Source: Nitrosopumilaceae archaeon
Lineage (GTDB): Archaea; Thermoproteota; Nitrososphaeria; Nitrososphaerales; Nitrosopumilaceae
Assembly (NCBI GenBank): GCA_965200155.1
Contig: CBDATR010000010.1
Coordinates: 476,265 to 540,264 of the forward strand
DNA: 64,000 nucleotides
Direction of reading: 5' to 3'
Below are positions 21,513-31,543 of the stretch, piece by piece. The notes under the pieces are model-generated. The model had not been told where the DNA came from, ran no database searches, and was given only the letters and a program-made list of their open reading frames with translations. The number at the start of each line of letters is the position of its first letter. The first letter of the stretch is position 1. Position numbers and translations under genes: made by a program.

Positions 21513-22100
21513 TTAATGTTCATAGACTGGTTTGTTTACACCAAATTCTAGATTATTTATCTTGTAATATATTATCTCGCCACGACGCTCTATTATTGCT
21601 ATGACCGGCTTTTTTCCCATCCTGGCCATTTCATTTATTTTTTTCTGAAAGGAACCGGCATTCTCCCGATGCCCTTCGGAAAATCCAAATACAAGAAATT
21701 TGGATCCTTTTACACCAAAATGAGTTCTATCGTACACACGAAAATCTATGCCAAAGCCGAATCCGTCCTTGGGTACGTAACCGCGAGTGCGAAGATCTCT
21801 GTATATTAAATATTTTGAGAATGCGTTTGGATCGACCTTCTGGTATGATTCCAATAAAGTATCAAAGTCCAGTTTATTTCTACCCTCTCTTACTACCAGT
21901 TTTTCTGTTGCCACTAGATATAGCGCCTCAAATGGTTTTAGATTATACCCGTCCGGTTCTTGATCGCCAAAGCCATCACTACTGAATGCATGTATGACTT
22001 CCTCGGACAGTATCCTGATACGGTCGCCGATCAGGCGCCCCTTGGCCGGTGGACGCTTCACTGAGAAATGATCGCTGCCTTGTACCGTGACATCACTCAT
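21513..22100 (-). CDS. tRNA-splicing endonuclease, probable structural (non-catalytic) subunit
   Basis: FEALYL, YRDLRTRGY, GFGFGIDFRVY; the catalytic His motif is not evident. Confidence 0.85.
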   Translation of the reverse strand: MSDVTVQGSDHFSVKRPPAKGRLIGDRIRILSEEVIHAFSSDGFGDQEPDGYNLKPFEALYLVATEKLVVREGRNKLDFDTLLESYQKVDPNAFSKYLIYRDLRTRGYVPKDGFGFGIDFRVYDRTHFGVKGSKFLVFGFSEGHRENAGSFQKKINEMARMGKKPVIAIIERRGEIIYYKINNLEFGVNKPVYEH

Positions 22101-22212
22101 ACACTGCGCACTTTTGCCGTATGTATATCTCTGTCTTTGCAGGAAATGGGATCAATCCTAATAGTGTATGCCTTGTAGGTTGGCGTGGTGACGCACTGGC
22201 AGTCCCTGCTAG

Positions 22213-22403
22213 GTAACCGTTTAGGTCACTCCGAATTGCTTTCATAACACAAAATCCGGTAACCACAAGCCCGAAGCAGTGGGTGATAGACACCGCCAGC
22301 CCTAACGTATGTTGTGTTCGCAAATGTCGCGCAGTGAGATAACAGGATTTAGTCCCTACCCTGGTGGCATATTAGGAAAAACACTTGGGTGACCTAAATG
22401 ATT
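22213..22403. mobile_element. IS66-type MITE (GTAACC ends, ~170-190 bp family)
   Basis: gtaaccgtttaggtcac...gtgacctaaatgatt; reverse-similar to 56820-57100. Confidence 0.7.
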
Positions 22404-22495
22404 GTATGAGTTCACGTCTTCCGGAATCTTGTGCACAAATCACATTAACTGTCGCGATCAGTTGTGCGTAAATTTAGACACAGGTGAACTCATGC
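22404..22495. mobile_element. 92-bp MITE (no TSD)
   Basis: Joins two different old MITE halves. Confidence 0.93.
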
Positions 22496-22662
22496 AACAA
22501 ATCCGCATTTGTCATATACAACCCCTGTCTTGAATGTCAAAGAATTATGGTGTTCGCTGTATGCCCATGAATTCAGTCTAGGTGTATGATCTTTAACTCG
22601 ACCTAAACGGTTACCCTGCTAGTCTGAAAAGGGTTTTATGAGGCTCATAAATTATCGTCAAC

Positions 22663-23313
22663 ATGATCGACGAATCCAAGATAAGAAAAATGGTCCATGA
22701 TGCAAAAGAGGCCTCCAAGAATAGAGGGTTTCAACAGGCCGTTGAATTGATAACCATATTCAAGGACATAGACGTCAAGAAAGGATTCCAGATAAATGAG
22801 GTAGTACAGCTTCCCCAGAGCAGCTCACAGGCTAGGGTATGTGTCCTGGCCGGTGGGGACATGAAAACAAAGGCTCAGGAATCCAATGCTGATGCTGTGG
22901 TGGATGCAGACGAGCTGGGACGGTTGGCCACAGACAGAAGAGCGGCACGCAAGTTCATTAATAAGTATGATTTCTTCCTGGCTGATACCAAGATAATGCC
23001 CGTTGTGGGCAAGTCTTTGGGTCAACTTTTGGGTCCCCGGGGAAAGATGCCCACGCCCGTGCCATTTAATGCACCTATAGAGTCGTTTCTCCAGAGATTC
23101 AAGGCATCCATACGCGTAAGAGTACGTGGATCCCTGTCTGTGTCATGTAAGATTGGTAATGAGTCAATGCGTGATGAGGATCTGGCAACTAATGCTACGG
23201 TGGTATTGGGGGCAATCGAAAAGAAGCTGCCCAATGGCAACAAAAACATACGTGATGTAATGATGAAGACCACTATGGGCGGAATAATAAAAGGTGCCAA
23301 GAGCAATGCATGA
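22663..23313 (+). CDS. rpl1: 50S ribosomal protein uL1
   Basis: LGQLLGPRGKMPTP, KTTMG. Confidence 0.97.
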   Translation: MIDESKIRKMVHDAKEASKNRGFQQAVELITIFKDIDVKKGFQINEVVQLPQSSSQARVCVLAGGDMKTKAQESNADAVVDADELGRLATDRRAARKFINKYDFFLADTKIMPVVGKSLGQLLGPRGKMPTPVPFNAPIESFLQRFKASIRVRVRGSLSVSCKIGNESMRDEDLATNATVVLGAIEKKLPNGNKNIRDVMMKTTMGGIIKGAKSNA

Positions 23314-24169
23314 AAATCGAACCGCATATCCAAAAAAGAAGAGTGATATGCATGCACAAATACTGCAATTGTCCTCTGAACATAGGGTCGTGGCCCTTAT
23401 ACGTATGGAGAAGGTGCGTGCATCACAAATACTACAGCTGCGGAAGAAGCTAAAGGATCAGGTAAAATTCGTCAGCGTCAAGGATAGGGTTGCAGTAAGA
23501 GCCCTTGAAAAGGTAGGCATAAAGGGTGTAGAGAAACTGATACAAGATATTAGCGGTCAATGCATGTTGATCTTTACTAGCCTCTCACCTTTCCGTCTCA
23601 ATATCATGCTTGCCAAGAACAAGATAATGCTTGGTGCCCGCGGAGGCGATGTTGCCAGTATAGACGTTATCATTCCTGCAAGAAACACCGGAATAGCTCC
23701 CGGACCCATGCTTACAGAGTTTAAGGAAGCAAACATCCCCACCAAGATAGATCAGGGTACCATATGGATATCCAAAGATACCACGCCCGTCAAGAAAGGC
23801 GAGGTGATAAACGAAAAGCTAGCTGCCATGTTGGGCAAGCTTGACATTAAACCCATAGAAGCGGGCATATCTCTTCACTCAGCCATCGAGGAAGGCAACA
23901 GGTATGACAACAATGACATGACCGTTGACATTCAGGCAGTGGCCGATAGCGTAGCCCAGGCTCACAATGAAGCGATGAACCTCTCAATAGACGCAGGCTA
24001 TGTTACACCATTGAATATAGCCCAGATACTGGCAAAGTGTGCAGCTTCTGCACGTTCCTTGTCCATTGAATCAGGACATATGACAGAAGAGACCAGGGAT
24101 GCCATACTTTCCAAAGCCCATGATCAGGCCAACTCTCTGATACACAGTAGCGGTTATGAGCCCTCGTGA
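23306..24169 (+). CDS. rpl10: 50S ribosomal protein uL10 (P0)
   Basis: NTGIAPGP, IPTKIDQGTIWI, KLDIKP. Confidence 0.95.
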   Translation: MHENRTAYPKKKSDMHAQILQLSSEHRVVALIRMEKVRASQILQLRKKLKDQVKFVSVKDRVAVRALEKVGIKGVEKLIQDISGQCMLIFTSLSPFRLNIMLAKNKIMLGARGGDVASIDVIIPARNTGIAPGPMLTEFKEANIPTKIDQGTIWISKDTTPVKKGEVINEKLAAMLGKLDIKPIEAGISLHSAIEEGNRYDNNDMTVDIQAVADSVAQAHNEAMNLSIDAGYVTPLNIAQILAKCAASARSLSIESGHMTEETRDAILSKAHDQANSLIHSSGYEPS

Positions 24170-24339
24170 TTCCTGTAACGGATGATCTAGCGCATTCTCT
24201 CCGGTAGAGTCGTTATCTACCATTTCATCGTGTGTAAATGTAGGCATGCGGTACAATTGGCATCTCATATTGCCCATTATGAGAGGCGTACCTTTTGTAC
24301 GCTATATAATGAAAAAACTGATCTTGCATATAGCCTGAT

Positions 24340-24642
24340 CTAGCCAAACAGCGAGGAGAGACCTTCCATAGCCGCTTCCTCATCTTTTCCTTCTTCCTTC
24401 TTCTCTTCTTTCTCTTCGACCTTTTCCTCTACGGTTTCAGCTACGGGGGCTGCGGCCGCCACTGCCACAGGTGCAGCTTTGATCGCCTCATTGATATCCA
24501 CATCAGCCAATGCTGCCACCAAGGACTTGACTTGCGCCTCGTTGACCTGAGAGCCAGATGCTGATACTACTGCGGTGAGATTCTCTTCACTGATGTCTTT
24601 TTGTAGTTTATGAAGAAGTAAAGCAGCATAGACGTATTCCAT
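24340..24642 (-). CDS. rpl12: 50S ribosomal protein P1 (L12)
   Basis: [11 protein letters not shown]...GLSSLFG. Confidence 0.98.
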   Translation of the reverse strand: MEYVYAALLLHKLQKDISEENLTAVVSASGSQVNEAQVKSLVAALADVDINEAIKAAPVAVAAAAPVAETVEEKVEEKEEKKEEGKDEEAAMEGLSSLFG

Positions 24643-24694
24643 GGTAATGCCAAACAGCGATGTACATTATATAAATCGTAACTGCAAGCCGTAA

Positions 24695-26524
24695 GTAACC
24701 GTTTAGGTCGCACCATGACTTAACCATATATTCTGATTAGTCCAATACACGACATATGGAAGACCCCGAGGTTGAGATTCTACGGGACAAGTTAGCCAAG
24801 GTCATGGCTGAATAAGAAAGAAACACCAAAATGAAGAGAAAGATTTGATTATCCGCCGGTTGTCTTAGAGGGAGGATCTGGAGTCAACCAATGCGAGGAA
24901 ACGTAAAGAATTGGCATTGCGTGAGGAATATTTAGCTCAACTAAGGTAGCGTATGAGTTCACGTCTTCCGGAATCTTATGCACAAATCACATTAACTGTC
25001 GCGATCAGTTATGCGTAAATTTAGACACAGGTGAACTCATACAAGGTAGCAGCTCAACCGCAAGCACATACTAATTTGCTCAATAACTGACGGATGGTAC
25101 ATCCAGAAGTCAAAATACTGCGAGACAAACTAGCCGGATCTATAGGCGCTAACGGTAAACTGATCAGAATAATCAAAGGGAAAGACATGATCATCGAGAT
25201 ACAATCAGAGAGGATTACAAGGTTGGAGACAACGTTGAAGATAATACTCGCAGCGAGGGATGTGGAAGTAAAATCATTAAAGAATCGTCTCCGATACTAT
25301 GAAAGCCCGCATACCCCAACCATCACAGAACTCCATTCAGAAGATGAAAAAAGCCGCAAAGAAAAAGGTAAACGCCACTCAAGCGAGGCCGGAGGAGCGG
25401 GCACCCAGGAAAATCCCACAACAGAAGGCCTGGCAAAATAGTCCGCAAGACCCCTGACAGGTGTTCAAAATGCGGCTCTAAAAACCTGGAAAAGACCGGC
25501 AACACCACAACAGACATACCCGTTATTCCGAAAGCCGAGGTTACCGCGCACATAATAGAGGAGTGCCGGTGCCTAGAAGTCATAACATTACGGATATGGT
25601 ACATGAACCCGGAGTGATCCCGGGCACACAATTTGGACCCAACTTATTGACCATGATCACCACTGCATATTACAATGGTTCCACACTGCAGGGTATCGCG
25701 TACACCATGAAAATGTACGATGCAGGCTCCTGCAAGGCAGCAATACAGCACACCATGGAAGCTGCATCTGAAAAAATGGAGAAAGAGGTGGGAAAAATCC
25801 GGGAGGATTTGGCCAAATCCTAGACCATACTGATGGACGAGACCCCCCTCTCGCTGAACGGCAAGACTGTATACGCGTGGGCGTGCAGTGGAAATGACAG
25901 CATAGCATACAAGCTGGCCACCTCACGCTCATCGGAGATAATCAAAATGTACTATTCAGACATACTGGACAAGCTAATCACGTGTGACGGATATGCCGGA
26001 TATAACATATTTTACAATATACGAGGTGCTGGGCACATATTACGGGAATCAAAAGATGCATCCGAGGCCCGGCCCACCGGAAACATTACATAAAATGCTT
26101 CAGGATATACGCCGAGGCCCGGGACTTGAATCCTGAAGAGACGACTCCGGATATCCTAGATTCGTTCGAGATACGTGTGCTCTCCATAGCCACCCGGTGG
26201 CAAAAGCTGGGTGTAAAATTCGGCAATAAGCTGGAAGGGCATCTCCAAATCTGTTTACATTCCTGCGCTACCCCGGAATGGCACCCACTAATAACGAGTC
26301 TGAGCGCGTGCTGCGCCGCTTCGTCATACATCGCAAGATACGCATGTCTTGGGGCTCATACAAGGGTATGAAGGTAGTAGAGAACATCCTGACCTGCATG
26401 ATAACGTGGAGAAAGCGCGGACTCAACACAGATACTGTCCATACTTGGGGCAAGTTAAACGACCATACCAAGAACAATCTGGTGTAGTGCATTTCTCTTT
26501 GCTAAGGGTGACCTAAACGGTTAC
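24695..26524 (+). mobile_element. IS66-family element (ISBst12-like), transposase pseudogene
   Basis: IRs GTAACCGTTTAGGTC...GACCTAAACGGTTAC; fragments CSKCG, FGPNL, MDETP, CDGYAGY, PTNNESERVLR. Confidence 0.9.
24951..25042. mobile_element. 92-bp MITE
   Basis: TSD AAGGTAGC. Confidence 0.97.
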
Positions 26525-26902
26525 CCCTGCATCCATACTATCGGATAACGGCGCGTGTTTCGTAGGACAATAAAAGGGCAAAAAGAACTGGAAACCAACA
26601 CTATTCGAGGAAGAACTGCTGGATCAAGACATCATACTAATCAATTCCAGACCATACCACCCGCAGACAAATGGCAAACTGGAGCGCTTCCATGGAATGA
26701 TTGAGGATAAGATATAGCATTATGACAGTCTCCGGGATTATGTGGACTACTACAATTAGAGAAGATTGCACTTCTCACTGGATAGATAACGGCGAAACGC
26801 CGCTTCAGGAATAAAAAGGCGACCCAGACAATTAGGGCAAATGATGCAAAATGGATGGAGCGGGATGCTAATGACTAGCGGACCGACTTTTCATACATTA
26901 CA
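26525..26902 (+). mobile_element. IS481-A 3' half
   Basis: ILSDNG...HPQTNGKLERF...CATACATTACA. Confidence 0.88.
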
Positions 26903-27015
26903 GGCTGGATACACGGTAACGTATTCTCTCGCGGCTCTGTTGGTATCGGGCATAGGCCCCGGATTGTCTCATAATATGGCGAGTTACACAAGTCTGCTAC
27001 ATGCAAGTCTGGGAC

Positions 27016-27266
27016 GTAATCGTTTAGGCCGCCCCTAGTCAACCGTTCAAAAATACGCCGCGAACATAACTGCTCTTGTTTTGTATGAGTTCACGTCTTC
27101 CGGAATCTTGTGCACAAATCACATTAACTAGAACAACCTGTTCCATCAGTTGTGCGTAAATTTAGACACAGGTGAACTCATACCTTGTTTTTTCTAACAT
27201 GATATCACATATACCCGTAAATTTGCCGTCCTGATGCCTGATCTTTAACCCGACCCAAACGGTTAC
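27016..27266. mobile_element. IS66-type ~140-bp MITE containing a 101-bp variant MITE (27083-27183)
   Basis: Reverse-similar to 43816-43957; inner TSD CTTGTTTT. Confidence 0.85.
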
Positions 27267-27466
27267 AGTTCACATGTGTTCACACTTGGCTATGATTGGC
27301 AGGATTTGTGACCGTGAGTGCGTGTGTCTTGTTGCCACTTCTGGCTACAGTACCAAAATGTAACGATTCTATAACAGAGTATGATCAGTGCGGTTTGGGA
27401 AGGCTATACATGTAACATGGCAATCATGTCACCAGTCCCTAGAGATTTATTATTGATTAAACACAC

Positions 27467-27928
27467 ATGAGTATGGAAAACTATGCAGGGAATATAATAT
27501 CCAATTTGGCTGGCCTGCCAGAGTTCCTGCGAAAACCCATGCTACGCAGCAGGATGGCAAACTTTTCCGGCCTAACTGATGCTGAAAAAATCGAGGTCAT
27601 AGATGATGCCCTAAGTGCAAGCTCTACGGTACCTTTTGATCTCTTTGCAAACCTGTTTGGGACGTGGCTACAGGTGCTAGCAGAAATGGACGTACAGAGC
27701 CGACGAGTAATACTGGAATACTATATACGCCATCTCGCGGAATATCCGGAGAATGTTATTGGCCTGCATGTAGATGGACTGACAGGAATATTTGTTGGGC
27801 TCAGCGAGGAGTACCAAAATGTGATAATAATCTCTGTACGGGATATAGTGAATGGTATAGGGCCGGAACAAAAGCGAAGGGTACTGCTACTTGTGCCGTC
27901 TGTGATAAAAGATAAGCTGGAAGCCTAG
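27467..27928 (+). CDS. conserved hypothetical protein
   Basis: 153-aa ORF with normal composition. Confidence 0.75.
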   Translation: MSMENYAGNIISNLAGLPEFLRKPMLRSRMANFSGLTDAEKIEVIDDALSASSTVPFDLFANLFGTWLQVLAEMDVQSRRVILEYYIRHLAEYPENVIGLHVDGLTGIFVGLSEEYQNVIIISVRDIVNGIGPEQKRRVLLLVPSVIKDKLEA

Positions 27929-28191
27929 GCATCAGGGTTACGATTGTCCTCATTGGCGTAATCTATGACATCACCTTTGGCGCTAAGGACACCGGCAAAT
28001 ATTTTTTCATGTTTCTTGAGGGCTTTTCGGTGATCTGGCAGGGACATGTCCAGACGCATCTCGTTCATCACCATTATGCGATACTCCTTCCATTCTGCCC
28101 AACATTTGTTACAGCAAGGGTATCTGGCCGCAAATGGATCCAGCTCCTCATCAGAGGGTATCTCGTTCTTGCACTTTGTACATGCAGACAT
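27925..28191 (-). CDS. Fe(II)-trafficking YggX-like protein
   Basis: CWAEWKEYRIMVMNEMRLDM...HRKAL. Confidence 0.8.
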   Translation of the reverse strand: MSACTKCKNEIPSDEELDPFAARYPCCNKCWAEWKEYRIMVMNEMRLDMSLPDHRKALKKHEKIFAGVLSAKGDVIDYANEDNRNPDA

Positions 28192-28263
28192 ACGCGCCGA
28201 AAACATGTTAGCGAATTTATCCCTTTGCCAAATAATATAGGAGTGGCTTTCCTACAAATATGC

Positions 28264-28470
28264 ATGAAGATAAAGTGTGCCAAATGTCAGGAAAGTGCAA
28301 ATCTCACACCGGACTTTGCCACCATAACATGTGAGCACTGCGGTTTGGAGTGCACTTATGGCGAATACGTCAAGTTTGTGGCCCATAATGATGCCACCTA
28401 CTCAGACATATTGGCCGACTATGCAGGCAACAAAAGCCAGCCCATGGGGACACTGGACGATTGGGATTGA
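28264..28470 (+). CDS. small zinc-ribbon protein
   Basis: MKIKCAKC...CEHCG, 68 aa. Confidence 0.75.
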   Translation: MKIKCAKCQESANLTPDFATITCEHCGLECTYGEYVKFVAHNDATYSDILADYAGNKSQPMGTLDDWD

Positions 28471-28506
28471 CAAGGAATATAAAACCGGCATCCGCGAAAA
28501 ATATGC

Positions 28507-28944
28507 TTGTCAGAATTAGAAGATCCACCTGTATTGAATGAGGTAGATCAGGCCCTAAACAAAGCGGCAGATATGTATCGCAAGTTAATGGAACGTGATG
28601 ACGTAACGGACGAGCAGCGAGAGAAGATGGAGGGAAATCTCCAAGCAATGATGGAGCGAGAGGTCATAGAGAATAGCGAAGCACACCAACCAAAGGAGAT
28701 CATATCAGACGAGGTACAGGTAGGACCACCCACCCTGACCCGCTTTGAAAAGGCGCGTATAATGGGGGCAAGGGCATTACAACTTTCCATGGGGGCCCCG
28801 CCCTTTGTGGACATACCAGTAGAGGCAAAGATGTCCCTAACTATAGCAAATGAGGAACTGGATATGCGGGTCATACCCATAGTAATTAGACGTACGCTCC
28901 CCAATGGAGACTTTCAGAACATTCCAATAAGATTATTTGACTAG
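28507..28944 (+). CDS. rpo6: RNA polymerase subunit Rpo6 (K) with N-terminal extension
   Basis: LTRFEKARIMGARALQLSMGAP...IPIVIRRTLP. Confidence 0.95.
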   Translation: MSELEDPPVLNEVDQALNKAADMYRKLMERDDVTDEQREKMEGNLQAMMEREVIENSEAHQPKEIISDEVQVGPPTLTRFEKARIMGARALQLSMGAPPFVDIPVEAKMSLTIANEELDMRVIPIVIRRTLPNGDFQNIPIRLFD

Positions 28945-29142
28945 GCTACGGCCAAAACACGTAACCGGCATTTTCGGTATCAAGGATTCCGCAAGTGATC
29001 ATGTACTCACTTTGGATTGAGGGGAATCACAGTTGCGCTTCACAGGTATTTTCGGTAAAATATGCAGTTGACACCACATAATTTAATACCACACAATTAT
29101 CAGTGTGTTATAGTGTCAGCACAAAAAAACACATGGACAAAT

Positions 29143-29406
29143 ATGCCTGATGATCAGGTCATGCTTGTAAGTGGGGCGCCCATCATGAATATGGTCATAG
29201 AAGCCATGTCTACACTTGGTGACAAGGAGCTCTTGTCCATAAGGGGCAAGGAGGAAGACATACCAAGAGCCGTGGTGGTTGCCAACATACTCACAGAAAA
29301 GATGATGAGCAATAATTCCAAGGTTTACAAGATAATCCTAGATGCCATCATAAAACCGGACGGCAGTATGGCATCAACCATCGAGATAATTATGACAAAA
29401 GTCTAG
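29143..29406 (+). CDS. Alba-like nucleic acid-binding protein
   Basis: IRG...IPRAVVVANI...STIEIIM. Confidence 0.7.
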   Translation: MPDDQVMLVSGAPIMNMVIEAMSTLGDKELLSIRGKEEDIPRAVVVANILTEKMMSNNSKVYKIILDAIIKPDGSMASTIEIIMTKV

Positions 29407-29819
29407 TACATGGTACCAGGGCCTCTCAAAAGCAGGTTCTCGCATTCCTTGCAAACCTGCTCGTCTATACCCGTCTCTATTTGATGATGTATCTCGCATA
29501 TGAGCAGGCTTGACTTGATATAGTTACACAAGCCGATAAATTTGGAGAGGCTGGCGGGGGTATAAGCCCGATCTGATGCCAAGTCACGGCTGAGGTCATC
29601 TATCATTCTTGCAACATTCTTGTCTTTGAGCAGTTTTTCTATAAGGGCAGGATCCCCCCGAGTTCCCCGGATGTAATTGCTAATGGCAGCCTGGGTTACG
29701 CCCAGCATTTTGGATATTGTATACTCGGCTATTCCGTGATCCGCGGTCAGCTTCTTTGCCAGGATTGCCCGTATGGCAGGGATTAGTGTCTTTGACTCTA
29801 TCTCGGCAGGCAACAACAT
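29403..29819 (-). CDS. HTH transcriptional regulator
   Basis: IPAIRAILAK, LGVTQAAISNYIRGTRG, C-terminal C..H...C..C. Confidence 0.88.
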   Translation of the reverse strand: MLLPAEIESKTLIPAIRAILAKKLTADHGIAEYTISKMLGVTQAAISNYIRGTRGDPALIEKLLKDKNVARMIDDLSRDLASDRAYTPASLSKFIGLCNYIKSSLLICEIHHQIETGIDEQVCKECENLLLRGPGTMY

Positions 29820-29973
29820 TGGTAACTATGACTTGGACAGCAGATTTATGTTTTATTTATTATAGGTAAAGCTAATCCATAGTTTGTCGCATGCCACACG
29901 AATTTGGTTGCACGCTATCCAAAATCACGTTGTGTGATACAAAAACATATGCCTGACCCTACATCACTTATAC

Positions 29974-30915
29974 ATGATTTTGGACATATACGGGCTTTTG
30001 GACAAGGCGTGCAGGGAGTGTAATGCGGATGCCGTGGCGCTGTCCGGGGGCTTGGACAGCACCATAATAGCATACATGATCAGGGAACGATCCCCCCAGG
30101 GCATATCTGTCATATCCAAGGACTTTGTGGCAACAGACTTGACGTACTGCCAGATGGCAGCCTCCCGGCTGGATATTGGTACGCGTATTGTACAACCGGA
30201 CACTCCCCAGATACTGGAAGCCATAAGTGAATGTATAGGCATACTGGGTAATTTCAACAACATTGAGATACGAAATAGCGCAGTGATGTATCTTGCCATA
30301 AAGGCCGCCAAGGAGATGGGCTCCCATTCGCTAGTTACGGGAGATGGTGCCGATGAGATATTTGCCGGCTATGACTTTTTGTGCAGGATCAGTCATGACC
30401 GTCTGGCTACAGAACTCCGTCGCATAAGGAGTGTGATGCACTTTACATCCGCAGACATGGGCAAGCACATGGGAATAAAGATTGAGTCGCCTTTCCTGGA
30501 TCCGGATCTGCTGGAGGCCGCTGCCAATATACGTCCGGAGATGCTCATAGGAATGCATAATGGAGCAAGAATGGGCAAGATGATACTGCGCCATCTATTC
30601 AAGGACAGAATACCACACCAGATAGCGTGGAGGGCAAAGTCTCCCATGCAAGACGGGGCAGGTACCTCGGGATTGATAGGTATGCTGGACGCGCTAATGC
30701 CCGGCGACATATTTGATGAGCGTGTCAAGTGTATACAGGAGAGTGACGGCATCCGCATCCGTACCAAGGAGTCGCTATTCTATTATGAAGAATACCGGAA
30801 GCGGTTCAGTGTGCCAATAGCAGCTCCCTCGGACAGGCGAAGCTGCCGGTACTGCAAGTATGCCCTAAGTGATAACTCTAATTTCTGTAGGATGTGTGGG
30901 GCCTTTCCTGCCTAG
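29974..30915 (+). CDS. asparagine synthase C-terminal domain protein
   Basis: LSGGLDS, TGDGADEIFAGY, PFLD, KMILR; C-terminal zinc ribbon. Confidence 0.88.
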   Translation: MILDIYGLLDKACRECNADAVALSGGLDSTIIAYMIRERSPQGISVISKDFVATDLTYCQMAASRLDIGTRIVQPDTPQILEAISECIGILGNFNNIEIRNSAVMYLAIKAAKEMGSHSLVTGDGADEIFAGYDFLCRISHDRLATELRRIRSVMHFTSADMGKHMGIKIESPFLDPDLLEAAANIRPEMLIGMHNGARMGKMILRHLFKDRIPHQIAWRAKSPMQDGAGTSGLIGMLDALMPGDIFDERVKCIQESDGIRIRTKESLFYYEEYRKRFSVPIAAPSDRRSCRYCKYALSDNSNFCRMCGAFPA

Positions 30916-31046
30916 CGCCACCGACGGGGTTTGATGAATATTCGGCGGCACCCATTACAGCAAAAATAGTAAGTCTTCCCCTTGTGTTCGTGTACCAGAG
31001 CCAGCTTCTCGTCAAGCTCTATTCCACACACGGGATCCACGGGCAT
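30912..31046 (-). CDS. YHS/TRASH-domain microprotein (44 aa; not in ORF track)
   Basis: MPVDPVCGIELDEKLALVHEHKGKTYYFCCNGCRRIF. Confidence 0.88.
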   Translation of the reverse strand: MPVDPVCGIELDEKLALVHEHKGKTYYFCCNGCRRIFIKPRRWR

Positions 31047-31087
31047 AACCTACGGCGCTGCAGTCCATTTATAAATCCAATATCATA

Positions 31088-31206
31088 AACGCCAGCACTG
31101 TTGCTTCCCAAGAGCTCTCGCACCTTAGTAACACAACAGCGACACTAGGTTTGACTTCCAAGTTCGGAATGGGATTGGGTCGCACCCTAGCGCTATGGCC
31201 GGCTTG
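31088..31206 (-). rRNA. rrf: 5S rRNA (stand-alone)
   Basis: GGCCATAGC...CCCAATCCCATTCCGAACTTGGAAGTCAA...GCGAGA; ends approximate. Confidence 0.93.
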
Positions 31207-31322
31207 TCACTTGTCATTATTGGGCCATTTATTAAGGTGGCGGAAAGTGTCACGATTTCACAGAAATCCGGGATAAATGGTACCTATGGAATGCCAACTG
31301 CTAGAACAGGACCCGCCATATG

Positions 31323-31490
31323 GTAACCGTTTAGATCACCCTCGGCATACTTGTTTCTACTCAACTTCCTGTTCCGGGTAGCCAAAACCTAGACTAACGT
31401 ATTTTGAAATTGTATAGCCTTCGGTCATCGTGATAACCCCCGCAAACTCGTACCCGGACTTTTGGTTTTTTGTGTTACCTAGATAGTTAC
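31323..31490. mobile_element. degenerate IS66-type MITE
   Basis: gtaaccgtttagatcac...ctagatagttac. Confidence 0.55.
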
Positions 31491-31543
31491 TGTCAGGAAT
31501 GCGGAATATGGTAAATATAGATGAATATCAGATTGAATGTTAA

